From: an uncultured bacterium
GTDB taxonomy: Bacteria; Armatimonadota; Abditibacteriia; Abditibacteriales; Abditibacteriaceae
Reading direction: 5' to 3'
Assembly (NCBI GenBank): GCA_963843795.1
Contig: CAWJLW010000006.1
Span: forward strand, 2,802,375 to 2,866,374
DNA length: 64,000 nt
Below the pieces are notes generated by a model that saw nothing but the letters and a program-made list of their open reading frames with translations, made no database searches and was not told the origin of the DNA. This document shows positions 48,392 to 58,491 of this stretch, one piece after another; positions within the stretch are counted from its first letter, which is position 1, and every line of letters starts with the position of its first letter. The translations under genes and the position numbers were made by a program.

Positions 48392-49528
48392 TTAGGCCGC
48401 ATTCACTAAAGCGACAATTTTCTGCGCGCCTTCCTGCATTGTTGCGGCAGGAGTCAACTTCGAGCCTTCGAGCAATTGCAAACCTTCGGTCGCACGCGTG
48501 CCAGTCAAGCGCACCACAATCGGCACTTTGATGTCCATTGTGTCAATCGCTTCCAACATTCCCTTTGCGACCTCATCGCCGCGCGTGATGCCGCCGAAAA
48601 TGTTGAAGAAAATGCCTTTCACATTTGGATCGAGCAAAACGGTATCAATGGCTTTGGTTACGACTTCAGCCTTCGCGCCGCCGCCAATATCTAAAAAGTT
48701 CGCCGGATGGCCGCCTTCGCGCTGCACTACGTCTAAGGTCGTCATTACCAGACCAGCACCGTTGCCAATAATACCGATGTCGCCTTCCAAACGCACATAC
48801 GTAAGGCCACGCTTATGCGCTTCAGCTTCGATGGGATCGTCTTCCTGCGCTTCTTGAAACTGCGCCATATCTTTGTGACGGAACAAGGCGTTATCGTCCA
48901 AGACGATTTTGGCATCGGCAGCGATGAGAGTGCCCTCGCCAGTGAGCACTAAGGGATTGATTTCTGCCAGAGAACAATCGTAGTCACTGTAGGTTTTATA
49001 CAAGGCTTTCAAAAATGGGCCGATGCCTTTCACAGCAGCAGTCGGTAGTTTGGCTTCAAAAGCCAGCTGGCGAATTTGAAAATCTTGCAAACCCAGCGCA
49101 GGATCAAGATGCAGGCGCGCGATTTTTTCGGGTGTTTCCGCCGCGACCTCTTCGATATCGATGCCGCCCGCCGCGCTCACCATAACGATGTTGCGACGCG
49201 CTTCGCGGTCGGTCGTGATGCCGATGTAATATTCTTCTTTGATATCGGCGGCCTGTTCGACCAGAACTTCCTCGACCGTCAAACCTTTGATATCCATGCC
49301 CAAAATTTTCTCGGCGGCTGCGCGCGCTTCATCGGGCGTTTTCACCACTTTGATGCCGCCCGCTTTTCCACGTCCACCGGCGTGGACTTGAGCTTTAACG
49401 ACAACAGTGCCGCCGATCTCCTGCGCGACCTCTGCGGCTTCATCGGGCGTGCGCGCGACGCGGCCTTTGGGGATCGGCACGCCATATTTCGCAAAAATTT
49501 CCTTCGCCTGATACTCGTGAATTTTCAT
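48392..49528 (-). CDS. sucC: Succinyl-CoA synthetase beta subunit
   Basis: MKIHEYQAK, KAQVHAGGRGKAGG, EINPL, NGAGL, NFLDIGGG and NIFGGI. Confidence 0.98.
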   Translation of the reverse strand: MKIHEYQAKEIFAKYGVPIPKGRVARTPDEAAEVAQEIGGTVVVKAQVHAGGRGKAGGIKVVKTPDEARAAAEKILGMDIKGLTVEEVLVEQAADIKEEYYIGITTDREARRNIVMVSAAGGIDIEEVAAETPEKIARLHLDPALGLQDFQIRQLAFEAKLPTAAVKGIGPFLKALYKTYSDYDCSLAEINPLVLTGEGTLIAADAKIVLDDNALFRHKDMAQFQEAQEDDPIEAEAHKRGLTYVRLEGDIGIIGNGAGLVMTTLDVVQREGGHPANFLDIGGGAKAEVVTKAIDTVLLDPNVKGIFFNIFGGITRGDEVAKGMLEAIDTMDIKVPIVVRLTGTRATEGLQLLEGSKLTPAATMQEGAQKIVALVNAA

Positions 49529-49603
49529 AGTGTCCTTTTTATTTCGCGTCTTTGGCGCCTGGCAAGTACTTGCAGAGCGCTATTGTGCTGGCTTTATCGA
49601 GGG

Positions 49604-49792
49604 CTATCGAGGGCTGATGCCGTAATCGTCATCGTTGCTATCGCTGGGCGGTTTATCGCCCAAACGTTTATATTGCTGCGCATCAAATTTCAAACTGCGA
49701 GTGATGAACAACAGCGCTCCAGTCGCGATAAGCGCGTACATCACAACACCGATGATGACCGGGCTACCCAGAAAAAAATTTACTAAGCTCAT
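49604..49792 (-). CDS. Small single-TM hypothetical protein (62 aa)
   Basis: One hydrophobic helix plus charged tail; AGGA RBS; fills the gap between co-oriented genes. Confidence 0.6.
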   Translation of the reverse strand: MSLVNFFLGSPVIIGVVMYALIATGALLFITRSLKFDAQQYKRLGDKPPSDSNDDDYGISPR

Positions 49793-49823
49793 GGTTTTCC
49801 TTGATAAAAGTTAATATTCCAAT

Positions 49824-50117
49824 TTACTGATTTTCCAATTTACGCATTTCAATTCCCACGCGCACGGCATCTTCAACGAACTCGGCAATTTGCGCTTCTT
49901 CTTTTAAAATCGCAATCTGCTCGCGCACTTTTTTGAGATCGCGTTCGATACGTTTTTTTTGTTCGGGATCATCTTCACTTTTCAGATCGGCTTCCATGCC
50001 TTCATAGCGCGCCACCAAAACTGCGATCAGGCGGCGCAAATCATCGGCCCGCTCGCCACCTTCGAGTGCTTCTTCCATCGCGTTTTGATACGATTCTTCT
50101 TCGTTTTTCCGGGACAT
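49824..50117 (-). CDS. Hypothetical coiled-coil protein
   Basis: Charged helical 97-aa ORF starting MSRKNEEESY. Confidence 0.65.
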   Translation of the reverse strand: MSRKNEEESYQNAMEEALEGGERADDLRRLIAVLVARYEGMEADLKSEDDPEQKKRIERDLKKVREQIAILKEEAQIAEFVEDAVRVGIEMRKLENQ

Positions 50118-50196
50118 AATTCTCGACCTTTTAAGGGCAAACTCGGCAAGTATAGCGCTCGAAATGCCCTGCAAGTACTTGCAGGGCATTTCGTCT

Positions 50197-50817
50197 TCAT
50201 TTCTGCTTCAATTTATGGGCCAGTCCTAAGAGCCAGTCGCGCATCACACCCAAGGCCTCGCGCAACGTCCAACGCGCACGCCACCAGAAGCGCGAATCAA
50301 TGCGCGCATCGGGGACACCAGAAACGGTCGCTTGCAAACCAAAGCGTTTGGCATCGCGCGATGCGCGCCACAGATGAAACGGCTGCGACACCAGTATTAC
50401 GCTCTGCCAGCCGTGTTCGCGACAAATTTGCGCCGCGAATTCCAAATTCTCGCGCGTGCTCGTCGAACGATTTTCAATCAACACTTTATCTGCGGGCACA
50501 CCCTGGCGAATCGCTAATTGCGCCGCGACCTCGCCTTCTGCGGGCGCATAATCACCCACGCCACCGGTCGTGATGAGAATCGGAGCCAAACCGCGTTGTT
50601 GTAAACTGACTGCGTGCAAAACACGCTCGCGTAGGGTAATCGAAGCCTGCCCGCTTTCCAAAACGCGCGTGCCCAGCACAATAATTACATCGGATTTTTG
50701 CGCGCTATCACAATGGCCGAAAGTGTCAATTTCACGCATCAGCCATAACAAACCCATAATTGGAACGGCGGCAACCAGCGCTCCCACGCAGTAGATTTTT
50801 TTGGGCATCGATTTCAT
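50197..50817 (-). CDS. YdcF/DUF218 family protein
   Basis: IIVLG, TGG, E..STSTREN, VSQPFHLWRA and LRE motifs; N-terminal TM. Confidence 0.9.
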   Translation of the reverse strand: MKSMPKKIYCVGALVAAVPIMGLLWLMREIDTFGHCDSAQKSDVIIVLGTRVLESGQASITLRERVLHAVSLQQRGLAPILITTGGVGDYAPAEGEVAAQLAIRQGVPADKVLIENRSTSTRENLEFAAQICREHGWQSVILVSQPFHLWRASRDAKRFGLQATVSGVPDARIDSRFWWRARWTLREALGVMRDWLLGLAHKLKQK

Positions 50818-50865
50818 GGCAAGAAAAAGTGTGCTGCGCAAGCACTTGCAGCACACTTTCCGGGT

Positions 50866-51753
50866 TTAAAATTTCAAGCCCGCTCGTGTAAATTGATAGG
50901 GATCGACGGGTTCCCAGCCGATGCGCATTTCCCAATGCAGGTGCGCGCCAGTAACGAAACCGGTCGCGCCGACTTTGCCGATAACTTGTCCGCGCGCCAC
51001 TTCGTCTCCCACGCTCACATCGCGCTTTGACATATGCATATAAATCGAAAAAACATTGCAGCCGTGATCGATTACTACGCAATTGCCCCGCAATGCGGGC
51101 AACATTTCGCTGAGTACGACGCGCCCGCTATTGCTGGCTTTGATGGGCGCGCCCGTTGGCGCTTTGATGTCGCTGCCGTTGTGCTGGCCCCACCATTTGC
51201 CATTAATCCAGCGTTTGCGGCCATAGGGCGAACTGGGCGTGCCATTGCTGGGCACAATCCAATCGCCGCTCCATAAGGGCGTGGGCGCAGAATTTTTCAT
51301 TTTGCTCTGCACATAAATTTTCTCTTTGCGTAGCGCTTCTTTTTTATCCATCGTCGAAGCCATCGAGCCTTTCATTGAAAAGCGCTGCGTCGGATAATCG
51401 CGTTCGCGCGCATTAAGAACCGTGCTTAAAATCTGCTCGCTGCTCTGCCCGTTTTTTGTCACTTGAACGCGCGCTTTAAGCGTTTGCGCGCCGCCGTGAC
51501 GGTCGAAGGGAAAACCCACAAAAGCGCGCGCGGTGCGATTGTCTTTCATCGAGAATTTCAATTGTTCGGTGTCCCACGCGCTCATACCGATACCTTCAAT
51601 GGTTTCTCCGGCAGCCGGATAAACCGTGACCGTAACTACATCGCCGGGCCGGGCATTGACCGGCCACGCTTTGAGCGTCGCGGCCTGAGATTGAATGGAG
51701 CTGCCCATTAAAGCTGCACCGCATAGAAAAGAGTAAATTAGTTTTTTCTGCAT
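50866..51753 (-). CDS. Secreted M23 family metallopeptidase
   Basis: HNGSD (HxxxD), GNCVVIDHG, YMHM and GAHLHWE; signal peptide; start re-assigned to 51753. Confidence 0.92.
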   Translation of the reverse strand: MQKKLIYSFLCGAALMGSSIQSQAATLKAWPVNARPGDVVTVTVYPAAGETIEGIGMSAWDTEQLKFSMKDNRTARAFVGFPFDRHGGAQTLKARVQVTKNGQSSEQILSTVLNARERDYPTQRFSMKGSMASTMDKKEALRKEKIYVQSKMKNSAPTPLWSGDWIVPSNGTPSSPYGRKRWINGKWWGQHNGSDIKAPTGAPIKASNSGRVVLSEMLPALRGNCVVIDHGCNVFSIYMHMSKRDVSVGDEVARGQVIGKVGATGFVTGAHLHWEMRIGWEPVDPYQFTRAGLKF

Positions 51754-51815
51754 AAATTGTTGAAGTAAATAATTTGGCCTCCCACAAAAAGAGGATAACA
51801 TTCTCCCGATTGGCT

Positions 51816-54047
51816 TCAACGCACGCGCGCTTTCCAACGCGGCGCGCTGCGTTCCTCGTCGAGCGCTTTCTGATTTTGTGCGAAAGCCAAAAAAGTCCAG
51901 TCGTTGGGCGGCAGGGTAAGATCAGCTTCAACGCGCAAACCGCGCACACGCGAAGGTAAAACCAGTTCGTGGCGCAAATCAAACGCATTTTCGGCCAGCG
52001 CTTGCACGCTTAAGGCCAATGAACGTGCGCGATTGGTCTGGTTGAACAACCCCACTAATAGTGTGCCGCGACTCGAAGCGCGCACCGCCACACGCACTCC
52101 GCGCGCGGAGTGATTATTCTTGACATCGCGTTCGCGCACTTGTACCAGAGCGGGTGCGAGATACGCGGCCAGAGCGCTTTCTAATTCCGCGCTTTGCTCG
52201 GCGGACGGTTGCTCGACAGCCGATAACGAATGCGGCAGCCAAACAATTTCGCCGCGCGCGCGTCCCAATTGCAAGTCGCCCGGTTTTGTCGATGGCACGA
52301 TTAAAACGCCAGCCGAATCGTCATCTAAAGTCGCGACTACACGCGGTGCGACGATTTCATCGCTGATTTTCTTGGGTTTAGGTGCATCGTCGGGCGCGGG
52401 CGTAACCGTTGGCGTGATGACCTGACTTTGCGCGACCGCGATTTTCTCGCCGCTTATCGTCCCAAAAACCCAGGGATCTCGCGGCGTTAGCAGCGCCTGG
52501 CGCGGGTCAATCGCGCGCGATTTCGCCAACAACAATTTTTCCCACGACGCGCGTAGAGGCGACGCATCAGCGCCCGAAAACGGATTGCCGACGAGCAAAA
52601 CGCGATTGCCGCGTTCTACAGCTTCGCGTATCGCTTGCAACGTCGTTTCAGGCTCGCCAGATTGCACCGCAACGGCGAACGATTCACCCTGACTACGATT
52701 TTTGTTGTTGGAATCGGTGGAACGATTGCGTTTCGCCTCGCTTGGCGTACGCGCCAGCAAAGGCACGCGGCCCAACGCGCGCCAATTCTCGAACAAATTC
52801 AGCCCGCCAACGGGCGCATTGTCAGCGTTCCAAGGCGGCATCCACAAACCACTATCTTCCAAAGTCACGCTGCCAACCAGCAGATTGATATTGGCCGCAA
52901 ATAAATCGCGCGCCGCATCATCGGTTTGCGCGGGCGCTGCAAGTACTTGCAGCGCGTCATCAGCCGCCACAATTCCAGTCGCACCGCTGAGCAAAGCTTG
53001 CCACCACAACGTTTGTGGTGCGTTTGCGCTTACCTGCGCCCAGATAGGCAGATCGTAATTGTCGCTTTCCTCTGCGACGCGACGCGCGGCTTTGAGCGGC
53101 CACAAACTTAATTCATCATTCGAAATCGCCACGGTCACCGCATCGGCGTCCGGAGCCAATCGGTCGATTAAGCGCGCTGCCATTGCAAAATTCGTATTGC
53201 TGGTAACTGAAGTTTCAATGTGCAAAAACAGCGCGGCTTCGGGCGTCACGTTTTGAATCGCCGCGCGCGCCAAACGCCATTGCTGTTCCCAACGATTGAT
53301 ATCCGATTCGGCTTTCAGATTGGCCGCATCAATCACCAAATTCCAGCCCAACAAATCGTGTTGATTGGCCACGCGCGCGGCATTGGCAGCATCGCGCAGG
53401 CGCGCGCGCAAGGCGGCGGCATCGAGATCGGGAGGCACGTTCACTGGCACTGGTAAGGTTTGAAATCTGAGCGGTGTTGGCGTCGAAATTTGCGTGTCGT
53501 TGCGGTCGGCGCGCCTTAAACCTGACAAAAACAATTTGCCTGGAATTTTGCTATTTGTCGGCGAAACTTCGTTCGCACCGCGCGCGAAAATCGCCGTGCC
53601 GTTGAGCAAACGCCAACCGGCCTGACGTTCCAAACCGCTGACGACCAGCGGCGCGGCTTGCGTCAAAGGCGTGCGCGCTTTGTCATCGGTCAACAAACGC
53701 CATTGATAACGCCCCGGCTCGGCATCGACGCGCAGTTCGATTTGAGCGTGCCCGTTGACAATTGAAAGCGAACGCCGCACATCGGCCACACGCGCGTCGC
53801 GTCCGGCTTCAAACAAGCCGATGCGCACGCGCTGTGGCGGCACGATGCCAGGCGCCAAACGCAAAACCACAGTTCCGTCACCGCCACTCAAAGTTGCGGG
53901 CACGGCTTCGAGAACAGGTAACTTTTTAGGAGGCGCAATCGGCGCTGTGGGCGCGGAATTTTGCGCGCGCGCGAATGGTAACGCGCTGCAAGTACTTGCA
54001 ACGGCCAAAAGCGCGATAGAAGCGCGGTAAAGAAAGGAGAATTTCAT
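51816..54047 (-). CDS. Secreted hypothetical protein
   Basis: Long ORF with signal peptide ending ARA-Q; no motif recognised. Confidence 0.65.
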   Translation of the reverse strand: MKFSFLYRASIALLAVASTCSALPFARAQNSAPTAPIAPPKKLPVLEAVPATLSGGDGTVVLRLAPGIVPPQRVRIGLFEAGRDARVADVRRSLSIVNGHAQIELRVDAEPGRYQWRLLTDDKARTPLTQAAPLVVSGLERQAGWRLLNGTAIFARGANEVSPTNSKIPGKLFLSGLRRADRNDTQISTPTPLRFQTLPVPVNVPPDLDAAALRARLRDAANAARVANQHDLLGWNLVIDAANLKAESDINRWEQQWRLARAAIQNVTPEAALFLHIETSVTSNTNFAMAARLIDRLAPDADAVTVAISNDELSLWPLKAARRVAEESDNYDLPIWAQVSANAPQTLWWQALLSGATGIVAADDALQVLAAPAQTDDAARDLFAANINLLVGSVTLEDSGLWMPPWNADNAPVGGLNLFENWRALGRVPLLARTPSEAKRNRSTDSNNKNRSQGESFAVAVQSGEPETTLQAIREAVERGNRVLLVGNPFSGADASPLRASWEKLLLAKSRAIDPRQALLTPRDPWVFGTISGEKIAVAQSQVITPTVTPAPDDAPKPKKISDEIVAPRVVATLDDDSAGVLIVPSTKPGDLQLGRARGEIVWLPHSLSAVEQPSAEQSAELESALAAYLAPALVQVRERDVKNNHSARGVRVAVRASSRGTLLVGLFNQTNRARSLALSVQALAENAFDLRHELVLPSRVRGLRVEADLTLPPNDWTFLAFAQNQKALDEERSAPRWKARVR

Positions 54048-54112
54048 GGCGTAAAAGTAAAAGAAAACAAGAAATTTTAACGCCGCGCGCGCCGTTACGT
54101 TCTCAAAATAGA

Positions 54113-54156
54113 ACGACAAAAAGGCGCTGCAAGTACTTGCAGCGCCTTTTTGTCGT
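54113..54156. terminator. Perfect 44-bp inverted repeat centred on the iterated palindrome
   Basis: ACGACAAAAAGGCGCTGCAAGT|ACTTGCAGCGCCTTTTTGTCGT, 5 bp from the deacetylase stop. Confidence 0.8.
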
Positions 54157-54161
54157 AATTT

Positions 54162-55100
54162 TCATTGCAAACCGGCTTGCGATGGCGGCATGGAAGTTTG
54201 CAGCGCTTTGATTTTTGACGGCTTGATTTTTACCGGTTTTTTGGGCGGCGCTTTGGGCGCGACGTAACGCAGGCGTAGAAGTTCGGGCACCGTCACAAAA
54301 CGATAGCCGCGTTCGCGCAGCGTGTCGATAATCACTGGCAATGCCGCGACACTTTGAGCGCGCGAACCACCGCCATCGTGCATCAGTGAAATGCCGCCGG
54401 GGCGCGCCTGCGCTATGATGCGCTGCGCGATTTTGTTGGCGCCGGGCTTATGCCAGTCACCGCTATCTGCCGACCACAACAAAACTGCATCGCCCTGGGC
54501 CTGAGAAATTCTCGCCATTGAAGCCATAATTCCATAAGGCGGCCGAAAAATCGTGGGACGAAAGCCAACAGCTTTTTCAATGGCGCTATCGGTGCGCTGC
54601 ACTTGCATTTTCGGGTCGCGCGGACGTGAAGGATGATCCCACGAATGGTTGCCAATCGCGTGACCGGCATCGCGCACTTCACGTGCGATTTCCGGGCGGC
54701 GCGACACTTCCTGACCAACCATAAAAAAAGTCGCTTTCACGTCTTTTTCAGCTAATATCGCCAGCATCTGCCGCGTATATTCGGGCCACGGGCCGTCATC
54801 GAACGTGAGGGCGAACACTTTGTCAGTTTTGCGCACTGGGACTTCGCTGAACTTTTTGCCGTGCGACCATTGAGGAATCGTCGCCTGATCTTTCCAGATA
54901 GGCGTGGGCTTGGGTGTCGGACGCTGCGTTACCGTCGGCGCGGCTGCCGCTGCAGAAACCATCAAATCGCCGTCGGCCGCTCCATCAGCTTGGGTTGTTC
55001 TGGAGGTAGAACCGCCGCAACCCGCTAAAATTGCGGTTATCAGCGCCGCCAGGGAAATGCCCGACACAAACTTGCAGGGCACATTGAATTTTAATTTCAT
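54162..55100 (-). CDS. Polysaccharide deacetylase (CE4/NodB), lipoprotein
   Basis: LAGC lipobox; TFDDGP, HSWDH, FRPPYG and LMHD. Confidence 0.93.
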   Translation of the reverse strand: MKLKFNVPCKFVSGISLAALITAILAGCGGSTSRTTQADGAADGDLMVSAAAAAPTVTQRPTPKPTPIWKDQATIPQWSHGKKFSEVPVRKTDKVFALTFDDGPWPEYTRQMLAILAEKDVKATFFMVGQEVSRRPEIAREVRDAGHAIGNHSWDHPSRPRDPKMQVQRTDSAIEKAVGFRPTIFRPPYGIMASMARISQAQGDAVLLWSADSGDWHKPGANKIAQRIIAQARPGGISLMHDGGGSRAQSVAALPVIIDTLRERGYRFVTVPELLRLRYVAPKAPPKKPVKIKPSKIKALQTSMPPSQAGLQ

Positions 55101-55323
55101 TTTTGCTCTTTTCGCATGAGATTATCGAGCTTGACCATTGCCATTATACGAATTCGATAGCAGTTTCAGGGCGATTTCAACAGTTTATCAAGACAAAACC
55201 AAAGTTTTCCTGAGAATTTGCCCATAGAAAACGCGAATTATCCCATAGCGCGCAATTATGGATATAAACTGAGTGTGTGGTTCGCAGAATAAGCAGCGGA
55301 ACCAACGATTGAGGAGTGGAAGG

Positions 55324-55911
55324 ATGCGCTGGACACGCAAAGGAATTTTGGCCGAAATCAAACGATTACAGCAAGCCGGAGCCGAACTTAATTACGCTTC
55401 GGCTTCGGATAATCATTTGAATCTGGTGCGCGCCGCGTGCTGGCACTTCGGTTCGTGGGAGCACGCCATCGAAAAAGCTGGCTTGAATTACGACGAAGTG
55501 TCACGCTATCAGCGCTGGACGCGCGAGCGTATTATTGCGCGCATCGGCGAATTGCACGCTCAGGGCCACGATCTCAGTTGGCGCGCCGTCTCGACGCGCC
55601 TCGATCCCGCGCTCGCCGCGGCGGCCTTGCGCCCGCACCATTTTCAAAGCTGGCGCGAAGCCATCAGTGCGGCTGGCCTCGATATTGATTCCATCGCGCG
55701 CTACCGTCACTGGAACGAGGTGCGCGTGTGCGAAGAAATTCGCGCGCTGCACGAAGCGGGCGAACCATTATCTTCCAAAATTTTGCAAGAAAATAATCAG
55801 GCGCTCTTTTGCGCCGCGCGCCGCCGTTTCGGTTCGTGGGATAACGCCTTGCAAGCCGCTGGCATCGACGCCGATACCATTCGCATCCGGCGCGCGAAAA
55901 ATAGTTCGTAA
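55324..55911 (+). CDS. Three-repeat helical protein (homing-endonuclease-associated-repeat-like), possible DNA-binding protein
   Basis: Three ~64-aa units RW....I..EI..L...G..L.......L..AA...FGSW..A...AG; GAGGAG RBS. Confidence 0.65.
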   Translation: MRWTRKGILAEIKRLQQAGAELNYASASDNHLNLVRAACWHFGSWEHAIEKAGLNYDEVSRYQRWTRERIIARIGELHAQGHDLSWRAVSTRLDPALAAAALRPHHFQSWREAISAAGLDIDSIARYRHWNEVRVCEEIRALHEAGEPLSSKILQENNQALFCAARRRFGSWDNALQAAGIDADTIRIRRAKNSS

Positions 55912-56010
55912 AAAACTCATAAAAACAAGTTTTGAAACGCATTTCGCGAAGATTGCTGTTGCAAGTACTTGCAGGGCACGAAAACGCTAAACTGCGTGTC
56001 TCAACTTCTT

Positions 56011-56847
56011 ATGAAAATCATTGTCGCGCACTCGCCCGATTCGGACGACGCATTCATGCATTACGCTCTCGCCAAAAATCTCATTGATACTGGCGACCTA
56101 GAATTCGATCACGTCCTGAAAGACATTCAAACTTTGAACGAGGAAGCCCATAAAGGCACCTACGAAGTCACCGCGATTTCAACGCACGCTTTTGCCTACG
56201 TTTCCGATAAATACGCACTTTTGCCGCACGGCGCTTCGATGGGCGAAAATTATGGCCCGATGATCGTCGCGCGCGAGCCTTTTTCACATCAGGATATTCA
56301 AGGGCGCACCATCGGCGTGCCGGGCTTAATGACTTCGGCTTATCTCGCGCTGAAATTGTGGGCGCCTGAGATCAAAACTGAAGTAATGCCGTTTGACGAA
56401 ATTCTGCCCGCTGTGGTCGATGGACGACTCGATGCCGGCCTGTTAATTCACGAAGGCCAATTGACTTTCGGCGATTTCGATTTACACGAAATCGTGAATT
56501 TGGGCGTGTGGTGGGCGCAGCAAACCGATGGTTTGCCCTTGCCGCTGGGTTCAAACGCGATTCGGCGCGATCTGGGACCGGAAATCATGACGCGCGTGTC
56601 GCACATTTTGCGCGATAGCATCGCTTACGCCTTGAATCATCGCGAAGAAGCCTTAGATTACGCGCTGGAATTTGCGCGCGATATGGAAGAGCGCCGCCAC
56701 CTGGCCGACGAGTTTGTCGGAATGTATGTTAATCAGCGTACGCTGGATTACGGCGAAGATGGACGACGCAGTGTGGAACTGTTTCTGCAACGCGGCGTGC
56801 AGCAAGGTTTAATTCCCAAACAAGTTCACGTCGATTTTGTCGATTAA
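56011..56847 (+). CDS. mqnD: 1,4-dihydroxy-6-naphthoate synthase (futalosine menaquinone pathway)
   Basis: AHSPDSDDAFMHYAL, DIQTLN, YGP, LIHEGQL, PLPLG and MYVN. Confidence 0.88.
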   Translation: MKIIVAHSPDSDDAFMHYALAKNLIDTGDLEFDHVLKDIQTLNEEAHKGTYEVTAISTHAFAYVSDKYALLPHGASMGENYGPMIVAREPFSHQDIQGRTIGVPGLMTSAYLALKLWAPEIKTEVMPFDEILPAVVDGRLDAGLLIHEGQLTFGDFDLHEIVNLGVWWAQQTDGLPLPLGSNAIRRDLGPEIMTRVSHILRDSIAYALNHREEALDYALEFARDMEERRHLADEFVGMYVNQRTLDYGEDGRRSVELFLQRGVQQGLIPKQVHVDFVD

Positions 56848-56933
56848 AACGGCGCGGCAAATACTTTATATCATCAAATACTTGATGCAAGTACTTGCCA
56901 AGCGAATTTAGGCGCGCACGAGGAGAAAATTTT

Positions 56934-57701
56934 ATGGCACGGGTTGGAGTTTTGTTGTCGGGCTGTGGCTATCAGGATGGTAGCGAAGTTTACGAAGCAG
57001 TTCTGACGCTTCTGGCTTTGGAAAAGGCCGGGGCGCAAGTGCAAGCGATGGCACCCGACATCGCGCAGGCCGAAGTCGTCGATCATTACCGCGGCGAAGA
57101 AGATCGTAACGCAACCAATCGTGAAACCAACGGCCATTCGCGCAACGTGTTAGCTGAATCGGCGCGCATCGTGCGCGGCAAAATTATCGCGGCGGGTGAA
57201 GTTTCTGCTCACGAACTCGACGCGTTAATTATCATTGGCGGCTGGGGCGCAGTAAAAAACCTGTGTTCGTTTTACAGCGATGGAGCCAAAGCCAAAGTCA
57301 ATCCCGCTGTCGCCCGATTGATTCGCGAAGTGCATGGTCTAGGCAAGCCGATTGGCGCAATGTGCGCTGGTCCGATTCTGGTCGCCGTCGCGCTCAATGA
57401 TGTCAAGCTCGACTATCCGCTTTCGCTGACCATCGGCAACGATGCAGAAACGATCATTCAACTCAAAGCGATGGGTGTTGAAGCTGTCGTCGCGGGTGTG
57501 GATGAAATCCATACCGATACTGCCAACCATCTCATCACGACGCCCGCTTTCATGCTGGCCAAAACCGCCGGACAAGCCGAAGCTGGAATCAACGCGCTGG
57601 TTGCGCGCGTGATGGAAATGACGCGCGAAATTAGCTATAAGATGCCCGCGGGCGGCAAAGGCAACGCGGTTCCCGGCGTCACGCCGGATTTGGGGCTGTA
57701 A
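56934..57701 (+). CDS. elbB: ElbB-like glyoxalase (DJ-1/PfpI superfamily)
   Basis: LSGCGYQDGSEVYEAV, RNVLAESARIVRG, GGWGAVKNL, MCAGP and TTPAFM; AGGAG RBS. Confidence 0.88.
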   Translation: MARVGVLLSGCGYQDGSEVYEAVLTLLALEKAGAQVQAMAPDIAQAEVVDHYRGEEDRNATNRETNGHSRNVLAESARIVRGKIIAAGEVSAHELDALIIIGGWGAVKNLCSFYSDGAKAKVNPAVARLIREVHGLGKPIGAMCAGPILVAVALNDVKLDYPLSLTIGNDAETIIQLKAMGVEAVVAGVDEIHTDTANHLITTPAFMLAKTAGQAEAGINALVARVMEMTREISYKMPAGGKGNAVPGVTPDLGL

Positions 57702-57756
57702 ATTTATCTCAATCAAGCGCTGCAAGTACTTGCAGCGCTTGATTTGTGTTGGAATT

Positions 57757-58089
57757 ATGCAATTTGCAATTGATCTCAATTACTTGCCGCAAACTGAAGG
57801 CGAAGCGGTACGCGTCACCGAAGGCGAACACGACATCGCGATTTTTCGCATCGGCGAAAGCTGGCGTGCTATCGGCAACGAATGTCCCCATCAGGGCGCG
57901 TCACTATGCGATGGCTGGATTGACGATGGCGTGGTCGCGTGTCCGCTGCATGCGTGGCAATTTAGCACGAAAACCGGCGAATGTTTGAGCGTTCCCAACC
58001 TCAGCGTTCCGGTCTACCAGATCGTTATTCAGGACGAACAAGCCCTGATTCAGCAAATCGAAACTCCTGAATCATCGAGCGAACAGTGA
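57757..58089 (+). CDS. Rieske [2Fe-2S] ferredoxin
   Basis: CPH...CPLH motif. Confidence 0.92.
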   Translation: MQFAIDLNYLPQTEGEAVRVTEGEHDIAIFRIGESWRAIGNECPHQGASLCDGWIDDGVVACPLHAWQFSTKTGECLSVPNLSVPVYQIVIQDEQALIQQIETPESSSEQ

Positions 58090-58090
58090 A

Positions 58091-58480
58091 ATGGCACAAG
58101 TTAAAATCTACGGCGTGCGCAGTGAATTGAATGCCATTAAAAGCCAGCTTTCCGAAATCATCCAAGCGTGCTTGGTGGACGCCCTGCAAATTCCGCCCAA
58201 CAAACGTTTCCAACGTTTTTTCGCCCTTGAACCGGAAGATTTTTGGTTTCCCAACGACCGCAGCGCGCGCTACACCATCATTGAAATCTCGATGTTTGAA
58301 GGCCGCAGCATTACGGCGAAAAAACAACTGATTCGCTTGCTTTATGAGCGCACACAAAGCGAATTGAATTTGGAGGCCAACGATTTGGAAATCACGATTT
58401 TTGAAACGCCGCGCTGCAACTGGGGCATTCGCGGTCAGAACGGCGATGAAATCGGCTTGAATTATTCGGTTATCGTGTGA
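58091..58480 (+). CDS. Tautomerase superfamily protein
   Basis: KRFQRF, IEISMFEGRS...KK.L and NWGIRG; begins MAQ, so no Pro1. Confidence 0.8.
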   Translation: MAQVKIYGVRSELNAIKSQLSEIIQACLVDALQIPPNKRFQRFFALEPEDFWFPNDRSARYTIIEISMFEGRSITAKKQLIRLLYERTQSELNLEANDLEITIFETPRCNWGIRGQNGDEIGLNYSVIV

Positions 58481-58491
58481 AATGAACCTAA

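Noticed and set aside
58091..58480. Tautomerase lacking catalytic Pro1 as a novelty
   Set aside because: Non-Pro1 members of the superfamily are already known, and nothing else here is distinctive.
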